DNA of 49,314 nucleotides from IMG/VR virus record IMGVR_UViG_3300049205_000009, positions 1-49,314 of that record; one strand, given 5' to 3'. This document shows positions 39,445 through 46,441 of the stretch, in pieces. A program made the position numbers and the translations under genes. Below the pieces are notes generated by a model. The model ran no database searches. It saw only the letters and a program-made list of their open reading frames with translations, and had not been told where the DNA came from. Source of the DNA: a virus. Lineage: Duplodnaviria; Caudoviricetes. Each line of letters starts with the position of its first letter. The stretch's first letter is position 1.

Positions 39445-39822
39445 ATGATTACCACAAAACCGTTAGCATTAGGTTTACGTCAAGGTGAAGTAGCCTATGT
39501 TAGAGATGTTCCATCACAGAAGATGAAACTATTTGCCACAATTGTCCAGTTCTGGAAAGAGGTGGAGGGTGAATTCGGTAAGACCAGAGCAACTGAAGGG
39601 TTCTTCGGTATTGCTCTGACTTCTGAGAAGCCTAACCTCAACCCTGGTGAGAAGGTAAATGTCGAAATCGTCAGCTACCAGTCTGGTATCAATCCTAACG
39701 ATCCTACGGGTCGTGAGAATTTACAGGCTCGTTGTCTGTTGATCAGTCGCGTTAAGGAGAATGAAACCCCTGCAAGGGTTCAGGCTGCTGAAGGTGCTGG
39801 AAAACAGACTACTGAGAAGTAG
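39445..39822 (+). CDS. First rightward (early) gene, beta-rich hypothetical protein (start MITTKPL)
   Basis: An A-rich leader precedes the ATG at 39445, codon usage is of the highly expressed type, and a strong hairpin follows. Confidence 0.7.
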   Translation: MITTKPLALGLRQGEVAYVRDVPSQKMKLFATIVQFWKEVEGEFGKTRATEGFFGIALTSEKPNLNPGEKVNVEIVSYQSGINPNDPTGRENLQARCLLISRVKENETPARVQAAEGAGKQTTEK

Positions 39823-39831
39823 TTGAACTTT

Positions 39832-39856
39832 GTATGAGGGGTCGCTCCCCTCATAC
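39832..39856 (+). terminator. Perfect 10-bp hairpin after the first early gene
   Basis: GTATGAGGGG-TCGCT-CCCCTCATAC. Confidence 0.65.
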
Positions 39857-39874
39857 TTATACATTACATTACCC

Positions 39875-39917
39875 TGATATATTGTCATGTTCTATGTTTT
39901 GTCATGACATATTGTCA
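39875..39917. repeat. Two more TGACA-N3-TGTCA palindromes
   Basis: TGATATATTGTCA at 39875-39887 and TGACATATTGTCA at 39905-39917. Confidence 0.75.
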
Positions 39918-39944
39918 GTTTGTTATATCTCAATCACTAAAAAT

Positions 39945-40061
39945 ATGAAACGATTTATTGCTTTATGTTGGTCATATAGAATGTATTACTTTACATCTAA
40001 GATGGATAAAAGAATACGTAGAGCTATGATAATGAAGGATTTATTAGCTCTAAATCATTAA
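39945..40061 (+). CDS. Small basic peptide, 38 aa
   Basis: A-rich leader followed by MKRFIALCWSYRMYYFTSKMDKRIRR. Confidence 0.45.
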   Translation: MKRFIALCWSYRMYYFTSKMDKRIRRAMIMKDLLALNH

Positions 40062-40113
40062 TTCACTTAAATAACCAATAATATTAGTATTAACCTAACC
40101 AATCAATATTATT

Positions 40114-40362
40114 ATGAGAAGAGTTGTATACACAGTCTGGATTTTAGGTGATGGTGACATATTCAAAGGTTACAATAACACTTTTGTGTCATCTCATCTT
40201 GATAAACGTGCTGCTACTATCATTGCTGATAACCAGTCAGGTATAATTGAAGAAGAATATGAATTACTTCATGAGTCATATATTGAACAATTAGAAAAAG
40301 CAGACGCTGAAATATTAAGAGTTCAACAAGGCGCTAGAAATATGTTAGCTTATGGAGGCTAA
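40114..40362 (+). CDS. Hypothetical protein
   Basis: ORF with A-rich leader. Confidence 0.6.
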   Translation: MRRVVYTVWILGDGDIFKGYNNTFVSSHLDKRAATIIADNQSGIIEEEYELLHESYIEQLEKADAEILRVQQGARNMLAYGG

Positions 40363-40549
40363 TGTTAAAGATGGCTTATATCAAGTAACAACACCATATC
40401 TATGTGCAGGCTTTATAGTCTCAAATGGTGTTGTTACTCATTGTGCCCCAATACTAAAGCCAAAGCTTAACTATTGGGTAACAATAGCTAAGTGTATTAG
40501 TAATTGTGATAAACCATTTACTAATGGTAATTGTAACATAAAACTATAA
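40352..40549 (+). CDS. Small phage hypothetical protein
   Basis: DGLYQVTTPYLCAGFIV..GVV..CAPIL. Confidence 0.6.
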   Translation: MEANVKDGLYQVTTPYLCAGFIVSNGVVTHCAPILKPKLNYWVTIAKCISNCDKPFTNGNCNIKL

Positions 40550-40560
40550 ACCAAACCTAT

Positions 40561-40779
40561 ATGGACAACTTATATGAAAAAGAGGTTGTAGTCAAATCAG
40601 TATCAGTGATCTCAGGTGAAACTAAATACAGAGAGGATATCAGTAATAGTGATATTCCAATATTAAAGACATTCTGGGAAGATAATGATATTCAAGAGAT
40701 TACAGTCGTATCAACTAATGTAGGCTTTGTAAAGACATTTACAAAAGTCTATGTAAAAGAAGAAAAGCCAAAGTCATGA
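40561..40779 (+). CDS. Hypothetical protein
   Basis: ORF with A-rich leader. Confidence 0.6.
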   Translation: MDNLYEKEVVVKSVSVISGETKYREDISNSDIPILKTFWEDNDIQEITVVSTNVGFVKTFTKVYVKEEKPKS

Positions 40780-40925
40780 GAACATTTATAACATTAGCTA
40801 AAATAATCAATCGTAACTATTCAAAGAAAGCCAAGATTGATAAGAGGATATTACTAAGATCAGAAATGCTGATAATAGCTAATAGTCCTATGAATAGAGT
40901 AATAACAGTAAGCCCATCCTACTGA
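40776..40925 (+). CDS. Small basic peptide, 49 aa (not in ORF track)
   Basis: ATGA overlap; MRTFITLAKIINRNYSKKAKIDKRILL. Confidence 0.5.
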   Translation: MRTFITLAKIINRNYSKKAKIDKRILLRSEMLIIANSPMNRVITVSPSY

Positions 40926-41046
40926 GATTTCATGACATTATCCTTAGCAGGATATTTAATCTTGAATTAACAAGGGGTCATGGGATATATCAAATAGAGG
41001 TATGTATGGTGTAGTAATGCACACTATTTGATATTTAAAGATATTT

Positions 41047-41118
41047 TGGATGAAAGTAAGTTCGATCCTTACCACTGGGTTTGATCACCAGTTGTAGCAT
41101 ATAAGGTAATGCTGTCCA
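41047..41118 (+). ncRNA. Circularly permuted tRNA-like element (YrlA/Y-RNA-like topology)
   Basis: TGGAT-GAAA-[GTAAG TTCGATC CTTAC]-[CACTGG gtttgatca CCAGTTG]-TA-[GCAT ATAAGGTA ATGC]-T-GTCCA. This gives T-arm, loop-capped acceptor stem and D-arm, closed by an anticodon-equivalent stem. Confidence 0.7.
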
Positions 41119-41124
41119 TATTAT

Positions 41125-41311
41125 TAAACTCTTCTGCTTGAAGACAAACAACGGGTAATCCGACAACATGATGCGTAATAGTATCGACCAAGACTCAGTA
41201 ACTGTACCAGCAGTTAATGTTTGTTGTAGAGGTAGGGGACTGAAGTTAAGCGTCAGTTTAAACAGTTACACGTTACGCCCTATTCTACTGGAAATTGGAC
41301 AGAAGAGTTTA
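41125..41311 (+). ncRNA. Multibranched structured intergenic RNA
   Basis: 12-bp perfect closing stem TAAACTCTTCTG/CAGAAGAGTTTA with several internal helices. Confidence 0.6.
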
Positions 41312-41328
41312 TTTTTAAATTGAATGCA

Positions 41329-41562
41329 ATGAAGAAGCCAATAGTAACAAAGAAATGGGAGACTATTGTAGTCACCATGAATAATGCAGTAATTGACGCA
41401 GATTTCAATTATATAGATGGTACATATTATATGTCTAGTCCTCATCAAGATAGTAATGTAACATTTAAATCTGATGATGGTGGTACAATACAAGACCATA
41501 TTGATAGAGCTAAATGTGTAATAGCTGCATTAGAACATATCAAAGAACAATTGAAACTCTAA
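41329..41562 (+). CDS. Hypothetical protein (start MKKPIV)
   Basis: ATG at 41329, in frame with the ORF-track call. Confidence 0.6.
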   Translation: MKKPIVTKKWETIVVTMNNAVIDADFNYIDGTYYMSSPHQDSNVTFKSDDGGTIQDHIDRAKCVIAALEHIKEQLKL

Positions 41563-41608
41563 CTAGCAAAGAGTAACCGGGAGACAGCGTAATCTGAATA
41601 AGAGTAAT

Positions 41609-41818
41609 ATGAAAACTATACTTCAGTTAGTATGTGTGACATTGTTCACACTATTACTTACATCTTCTAATGTACCTGACACATGGTATCAAAAGGAAGG
41701 AGATCACTATGTACAGTACTCCATGGCTATCGTAGGAGGAGTAGTTCAACCAAGAGCAACAGGCACTTGTGCTTTATCGTCCTCAGGTACAATGTCATAT
41801 CCATGTGGTGTGCAATAG
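41609..41818 (+). CDS. Small secreted/membrane protein
   Basis: Signal-peptide-like MKTILQLVCVTLFTLLLTSS. Confidence 0.55.
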   Translation: MKTILQLVCVTLFTLLLTSSNVPDTWYQKEGDHYVQYSMAIVGGVVQPRATGTCALSSSGTMSYPCGVQ

Positions 41819-41933
41819 TAAATTGATTAAGAAGCTAATTAAGCTAGTTTATGAACAGCCACAAGACGAATAGCCTTGTAAAGTGGTGGGATGCCACAAC
41901 ATAATCGCCCGTGAGGGTAAATATATACAATTT

Positions 41934-41965
41934 AAATAGCTCTTGTCCTTAGCCAAGAGCTATTT
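41934..41965 (+). terminator. Intrinsic terminator-like hairpin
   Basis: AAATAGCTCTTG-tccttagc-CAAGAGCTATTT followed by CTTT. Confidence 0.65.
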
Positions 41966-41994
41966 CTTTCCCTTGAAACCAATTAACTAAATAT

Positions 41995-42219
41995 ATGAAA
42001 ATAATACTATTACTATTGTTGATGATGTTTATATCATCATGCACTCTATTAAGAGTTAGCAATGTTCCTACTTATACATATCAGTATAAGTGCGTGAACT
42101 GTAATCTCTCTGATAGTGTATTATATAGTAATGTATTATACTATCCTGGAGATACAGTTACTGTAATACCCTCAAATAACAAAATACTAATAACTGACAT
42201 ATCACTAACTAAATACTAA
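41995..42219 (+). CDS. Putative lipoprotein
   Basis: MKIILLLLLMMFISSC lipobox-like sequence. Confidence 0.6.
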   Translation: MKIILLLLLMMFISSCTLLRVSNVPTYTYQYKCVNCNLSDSVLYSNVLYYPGDTVTVIPSNNKILITDISLTKY

Positions 42220-42225
42220 AAACCT

Positions 42226-42522
42226 ATGGAAATCACAATTATTCAGCGCGGTACCAATCACTATAATCTAGAGCTTGGTATATCTCAAGAGAGAACAAAC
42301 ATAATGCTCGAAGAAGCTCACAGCATCTTAGACAAGGAGTATTACAACACCGAAATGACAACAGGTGAGTTAATGCAAAGAGTCATTTCAATTGGTACAA
42401 ATGACAATGAGCAAGCTCTAATGTTATTCAAATTAGGTGAACTAATGGGGTACATGAAAGCCAAGGCTGAGGAATCTCGAAATCCAATTGAAAGAATATT
42501 GAATGAATTAAGAAAGCAATAA
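42226..42522 (+). CDS. Hypothetical protein
   Basis: ORF with A-rich leader. Confidence 0.6.
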   Translation: MEITIIQRGTNHYNLELGISQERTNIMLEEAHSILDKEYYNTEMTTGELMQRVISIGTNDNEQALMLFKLGELMGYMKAKAEESRNPIERILNELRKQ

Positions 42523-42526
42523 ACTT

Positions 42527-42841
42527 ATGACATTCTTTCACTTTCAAATAGTGGTTGGTGACAAGGTTGTCATTGATTCACAAGATAAGCGTGGTTTGAG
42601 AGGCTTTAACAATAGATTCAGAGCAGAAAGAGAAGCCAAAATCAATGCTGAACCATTAACAAAACAAAAGGTAAATGGACATATACAGGTATTTCCTGTT
42701 GAATTTGAACATTTGCCTGAGAATCATCCAGCTATATTATTAGCTGCTGATTTGTCAATGGTTAATGAAGAGCCGCAAGATATTGATTTCAGCAGGTTAC
42801 ATGTATCAGATAATATCAACACTGAATACATAAACCAATGA
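42527..42841 (+). CDS. Hypothetical protein
   Basis: ORF in the gene chain. Confidence 0.6.
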   Translation: MTFFHFQIVVGDKVVIDSQDKRGLRGFNNRFRAEREAKINAEPLTKQKVNGHIQVFPVEFEHLPENHPAILLAADLSMVNEEPQDIDFSRLHVSDNINTEYINQ

Positions 42842-43140
42842 TTGAGATATTATTTGCAATAGCTGGTCTAGTAGTAGGATATCTTGCTAGACATATAATA
42901 AATTATGTATTTGGTGATGGATTCCCTAACAAACACATAATTGAAGCAATGTATAATAGTAGAACAGATATACTCACTGTAGTATACAATGATTATTCTG
43001 AATATCATTATACAAGATTTTATGAGAAGTGGTACTCTTATCCAGCCAATAACGCAGTATCGGACTCATTCGGAAAGGAATTAGAAAACTATTACAGTTA
43101 TATAATCAAATATAATTGTAATTGGAAAGCATTAGTATAA
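42838..43140 (+). CDS. Membrane-anchored hypothetical protein
   Basis: N-terminal TM segment and ATGA overlap. Confidence 0.6.
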   Translation: MIEILFAIAGLVVGYLARHIINYVFGDGFPNKHIIEAMYNSRTDILTVVYNDYSEYHYTRFYEKWYSYPANNAVSDSFGKELENYYSYIIKYNCNWKALV

Positions 43141-43165
43141 AGCCAAACAAAAAACAAACACAATT

Positions 43166-43300
43166 ATGAAAACACAAGTATCTGAAAACACAAAGTATAG
43201 CTGGGTATCTGTTGCAATCGTTGTAGCAGTAGCTATCATCCTGTTGGTTGCCACATCATGTGGATCAGTAGGATATCATTCATGTCCAACGTATAACTAA
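43166..43300 (+). CDS. Tiny lipoprotein-like peptide, 44 aa (not in ORF track)
   Basis: MKTQVSENTKYSWVSVAIVVAVAIILLVATSCGSVGYHSCPTYN. Confidence 0.6.
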   Translation: MKTQVSENTKYSWVSVAIVVAVAIILLVATSCGSVGYHSCPTYN

Positions 43301-43304
43301 TACT

Positions 43305-43604
43305 ATGAAGAAATCAAACATCGCACATGCTATACTTAATATTGTTATTATAGCATGTATCATAGTATTGTTATCATTTGTATCAGGTTGTAGAAGCAAG
43401 AAAGCTTCTACACCTGATCCCCTTTACAAGGCAATGATAGTATTTGTAAATGGTGATACAGCAATAGTTACAACATACGATCCACATATCTATAGTAATG
43501 GATGTATAGGATGGTATCAATATGATAATAGGCATGAAGCTTATGACTATTGTTATGTAAGACAAATTGTATGGTATGAAGCAATAACTAAACCTCCTAA
43601 TTAA
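43305..43604 (+). CDS. Putative lipoprotein
   Basis: Hydrophobic stretch ending LSFVSGC. Confidence 0.6.
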   Translation: MKKSNIAHAILNIVIIACIIVLLSFVSGCRSKKASTPDPLYKAMIVFVNGDTAIVTTYDPHIYSNGCIGWYQYDNRHEAYDYCYVRQIVWYEAITKPPN

Positions 43605-43605
43605 T

Positions 43606-43893
43606 ATGATAGTAATATGTGTTGAAGACAGTTGGAGAGCTGCTGACAATATTATAATTCCAGCTAGCGAAAAACCAGTGAAGGATTGTCTCTATGAAGT
43701 AACTGGTGATGAAATGAAACAGATAAATGTAACTGTATCCATAGGTGTTGCCACAAAGACAATGCGTATGTATCAATTAAGAGAAATGCCAAAAGACAAT
43801 TGGTATGATGCAGATAACTTTCGTGAAGTTGATATCAATATTTCTGATATTGAAGTTAAAGAGGAAGCTTATAATGAATTAATAGTCTATTAA
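43606..43893 (+). CDS. Hypothetical protein (SH3-like pattern)
   Basis: VICV...P.KD..YEV...YQLRE...WYDADNF. Confidence 0.6.
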   Translation: MIVICVEDSWRAADNIIIPASEKPVKDCLYEVTGDEMKQINVTVSIGVATKTMRMYQLREMPKDNWYDADNFREVDINISDIEVKEEAYNELIVY

Positions 43894-43898
43894 AATAA

Positions 43899-44549
43899 AT
43901 GTCAGAAACATCTGAAAAAACAGTTGTGTCCAAAAGAAAAGGCTCTAAAACAAGTGAGCAAATCATTGGACAAGGAGCAAGCCGTGTATCAGCAGCGGTT
44001 GCGTTGTTAGTAAAAGCTAGCAATGAATTTGCTGTACTACCTAAAACTATTGAAGAGCTTAGCCTTCAAATAGCTGATAAAGAACAGACACTCAATGAGT
44101 TATCTGTACAATATCAGGAGAAGAAAAGACAATCACAAGTTCAACTTGACCTTGATTACAAAGCTGATCGTCTTGCTTTTGTTGCAAAGTATGCTGAAGA
44201 GAATGCATCACTATTAATCAAGGAGGAAGTTTATGACAGCCTTGTTGATGAAAATGCAAATCTTAAGGCTAATCTTGAAGCTGAAGTAAGCAAAGAAGTT
44301 GCTAAACAAGTTGCTATCACTAAGCATAGATTTGAATCTGACATGAAAGTGAAAGAGTTTGAATTCAATGCTAAGGAAGCAGAGAATAAAGCAACAATCA
44401 ACAGCTTACAAGCTCAGTTGCAAGCAGCTAAAGCTGAAGCTGCTAATTATGTTCAACAGCTTAATCTTGAACGTACTGCATCAATTGAACGTGCTAAAGC
44501 ATCTTCTGTTGGTCACATCAATATTGGTACACCAACCAATAGTCGGTAA
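43899..44549 (+). CDS. Coiled-coil protein, 216 aa
   Basis: Long heptad-rich A/E/K/Q sequence with highly expressed-type codon bias. Confidence 0.75.
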   Translation: MSETSEKTVVSKRKGSKTSEQIIGQGASRVSAAVALLVKASNEFAVLPKTIEELSLQIADKEQTLNELSVQYQEKKRQSQVQLDLDYKADRLAFVAKYAEENASLLIKEEVYDSLVDENANLKANLEAEVSKEVAKQVAITKHRFESDMKVKEFEFNAKEAENKATINSLQAQLQAAKAEAANYVQQLNLERTASIERAKASSVGHINIGTPTNSR

Positions 44550-44558
44550 AAAGAAACT

Positions 44559-44673
44559 GGGAAGAGAGTAATTATAGTGAGAAAGAAAAGTTATACCTCG
44601 GACGGAGGGTTGGCTGATCATTTGCATTAATATGCTTGAAAAAATAAGAATGCGTACTGTAATCTCTCTTTCT
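44559..44673 (+). ncRNA. Structured intergenic RNA / terminator with inserted domain
   Basis: GGGAAGAGAG..ATTATAGT pairs with ACTGTAAT-CTCTCTTTCT, followed by a T-run. Internal CCTC-ggacg-GAGG and GCATT/AATGC helices. Confidence 0.5.
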
Positions 44674-44691
44674 TTTTTAAAACAAAAATGT

Positions 44692-44970
44692 ATGATATCA
44701 GATAATCTACGTAATGCAGTTATCTCAGGTATTGATCTAAAAGATGATAGATCACTTGATGATAAGTTTAAAGCACTTGAAGAATATGGAGCTACAATTA
44801 GTCCTTTTGAAGAAATGACAGAGGAACAAATGGAGCAAGCCATAACAGGTGAACAACTTAGTACATTGTTTAAAGAAAAAGCAAAGAACTCATTAACTAA
44901 GCTAATGGATAAAGCCACTGAATTAGGTTTTACTGATGCTGAATTAATTACATTCTTTGGACAAAGATAA
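44692..44970 (+). CDS. Hypothetical acidic protein (start MISDNLR)
   Basis: ATG after an A-rich leader. The longer ORF-track start lies inside the RNA structure. Confidence 0.6.
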   Translation: MISDNLRNAVISGIDLKDDRSLDDKFKALEEYGATISPFEEMTEEQMEQAITGEQLSTLFKEKAKNSLTKLMDKATELGFTDAELITFFGQR

Positions 44971-45100
44971 TATCTCATCGTAGTTCTAAAGACTACAGCC
45001 TACACACCTCGTAGGTAGATTTGATAGGAGCTAACACATGTTTGCCAAAGGTACATGTGTTATGCTTTAAAAACCATGAGAAATATGAAAACATTAGCCA

Positions 45101-45721
45101 ATGAAAAATCAAATGAAACTGTTTACGCCTATGGTATTAGCAGTTACAGGTCATAGACCTGATAAATTAAACTATGAATATGATTTGAATGGTCCTTGGT
45201 CAAAACATATTAGAGAGAAGCTTCAAGAGACTATTAACGATTTAAAGCCAACAAGAATGTTATCTGGTATGGCTTTAGGTGTTGATACAATATGGGCAAT
45301 GTTAGCCATTGAAAATAACATACCATTGATTGCTATTGTACCATTTCCTGAACAAGATAAAATATGGAGACCTGAATCTGTTAGGCTCTATAAAGAACTC
45401 TTATCAAAAGCACATGATATTAAAATAACAGGAACACCTGGTTATGCTGCTTGGAAAATGAATGTACGTAATGAGTATATGGTTAATAAGTGTGATCTAC
45501 TAATAGCTGTGTATAATGGGGACCAGAAAGGTGGAACCTACAACTGCATTAAATATGCGGAATCAATAAGTAAACCTATTTTAAAAATTAATCCAAAACC
45601 CCAATTCGATGAAATTGAAAGTAAAAGTAACGAAATCGGTCTTGATGCGATCCCTGGATTGTGGGATATCGCTAAGGAGCAAGAGCGTGACCCGGAATTG
45701 CCCGATAGCAAGAGCAGTTAA
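45101..45721 (+). CDS. YspA/DUF1273-type SLOG family protein
   Basis: AVTGHRPDKL, SGMALGVD, IVPFPEQ...W, RNEYMV...LIAVYNG...GGTYNC..YA. Confidence 0.9.
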   Translation: MKNQMKLFTPMVLAVTGHRPDKLNYEYDLNGPWSKHIREKLQETINDLKPTRMLSGMALGVDTIWAMLAIENNIPLIAIVPFPEQDKIWRPESVRLYKELLSKAHDIKITGTPGYAAWKMNVRNEYMVNKCDLLIAVYNGDQKGGTYNCIKYAESISKPILKINPKPQFDEIESKSNEIGLDAIPGLWDIAKEQERDPELPDSKSS

Positions 45722-46091
45722 GGAAGTAATACCAATAGCTGATGTGTGTTACACAGAAGATGGTAATAATGCTATGATAAGAGCTAATTATTTCAAGAGA
45801 GATGATGATGGCTTGCAACATGGATTTGTAATGGTAATGTTACCAAAAGAGGCATATAGATTCATGCAAGAATTTGATTGTCCAAGCTCACTAGCTGTCT
45901 ATCATCTAACAGAGGATAAGATAGAAATGGACAAAACAGCAGTTATCAAAGAGAGAATGAGAATGCCAGAGATTAGTTTTATTGTGGATTTACCGCAATC
46001 AATTATTGATTTTGTTGGTCAATCTGATGTTTATAAAACATTGTCAGAATCGCGAACTCTTGAATTAGCTGATAACTATGTCTCAATCTAA
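45609..46091 (+). CDS. Hypothetical protein, 160 aa
   Basis: ORF with NCPIARAV motif. Confidence 0.65.
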   Translation: MKLKVKVTKSVLMRSLDCGISLRSKSVTRNCPIARAVKEVIPIADVCYTEDGNNAMIRANYFKRDDDGLQHGFVMVMLPKEAYRFMQEFDCPSSLAVYHLTEDKIEMDKTAVIKERMRMPEISFIVDLPQSIIDFVGQSDVYKTLSESRTLELADNYVSI

Positions 46092-46206
46092 GTATGTAAG
46101 AAGGTCTGATGAAGTTAAGAAAGACTACATCGGCACAGTAAGAGCTGGGTTCTTTCCTGGCTTAAGAATTAAAAAACAATTAGTGCAATTATTAGCACAG
46201 AAGTAA
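46078..46206 (+). CDS. Small basic peptide, 42 aa (not in ORF track)
   Basis: MSQSKYVRRSDEVKKDYIGTVRAGFFPGLRIKKQLVQLLAQK, overlapping the upstream stop. Confidence 0.45.
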   Translation: MSQSKYVRRSDEVKKDYIGTVRAGFFPGLRIKKQLVQLLAQK

Positions 46207-46210
46207 TTAG

Positions 46211-46422
46211 AAAGATAACTGTTACAGGGATAGCTCGTGACCTGTCACTTAATATTAGTCGGATATTAAGTAATTAATCAATCTCCAATCTTACACATTC
46301 GTAATAATGTTCTATAGGGTTATAGTGGGGTTTCAAAACTAGGATTGATTAATGCTAGCTACGAGGGATGGTTGTAAGACCAGTATGATTTAATCATGCG
46401 AAATAGAAGAACAGTTATCTTT
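46211..46422 (+). ncRNA. Large multibranched structured RNA with possible pseudoknot
   Basis: 13-bp closing stem AAAGATAACTGTT/AACAGTTATCTTT with five internal helices. Confidence 0.65.
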
Positions 46423-46441
46423 TTATTTTAAAAATCAAGTT

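Noticed and set aside
41000-41120. Canonical tRNA gene around GTTCGATCC
   Set aside because: There is no D-arm or anticodon arm upstream of the T-arm and no linear acceptor/CCA end. It only folds in permuted order.
46106-46122. CTGATGA...GAAA resembling a hammerhead ribozyme core
   Set aside because: No stem II can form between the two motifs, stems I/III are not convincing, and it lies in a plausible 42-aa ORF.
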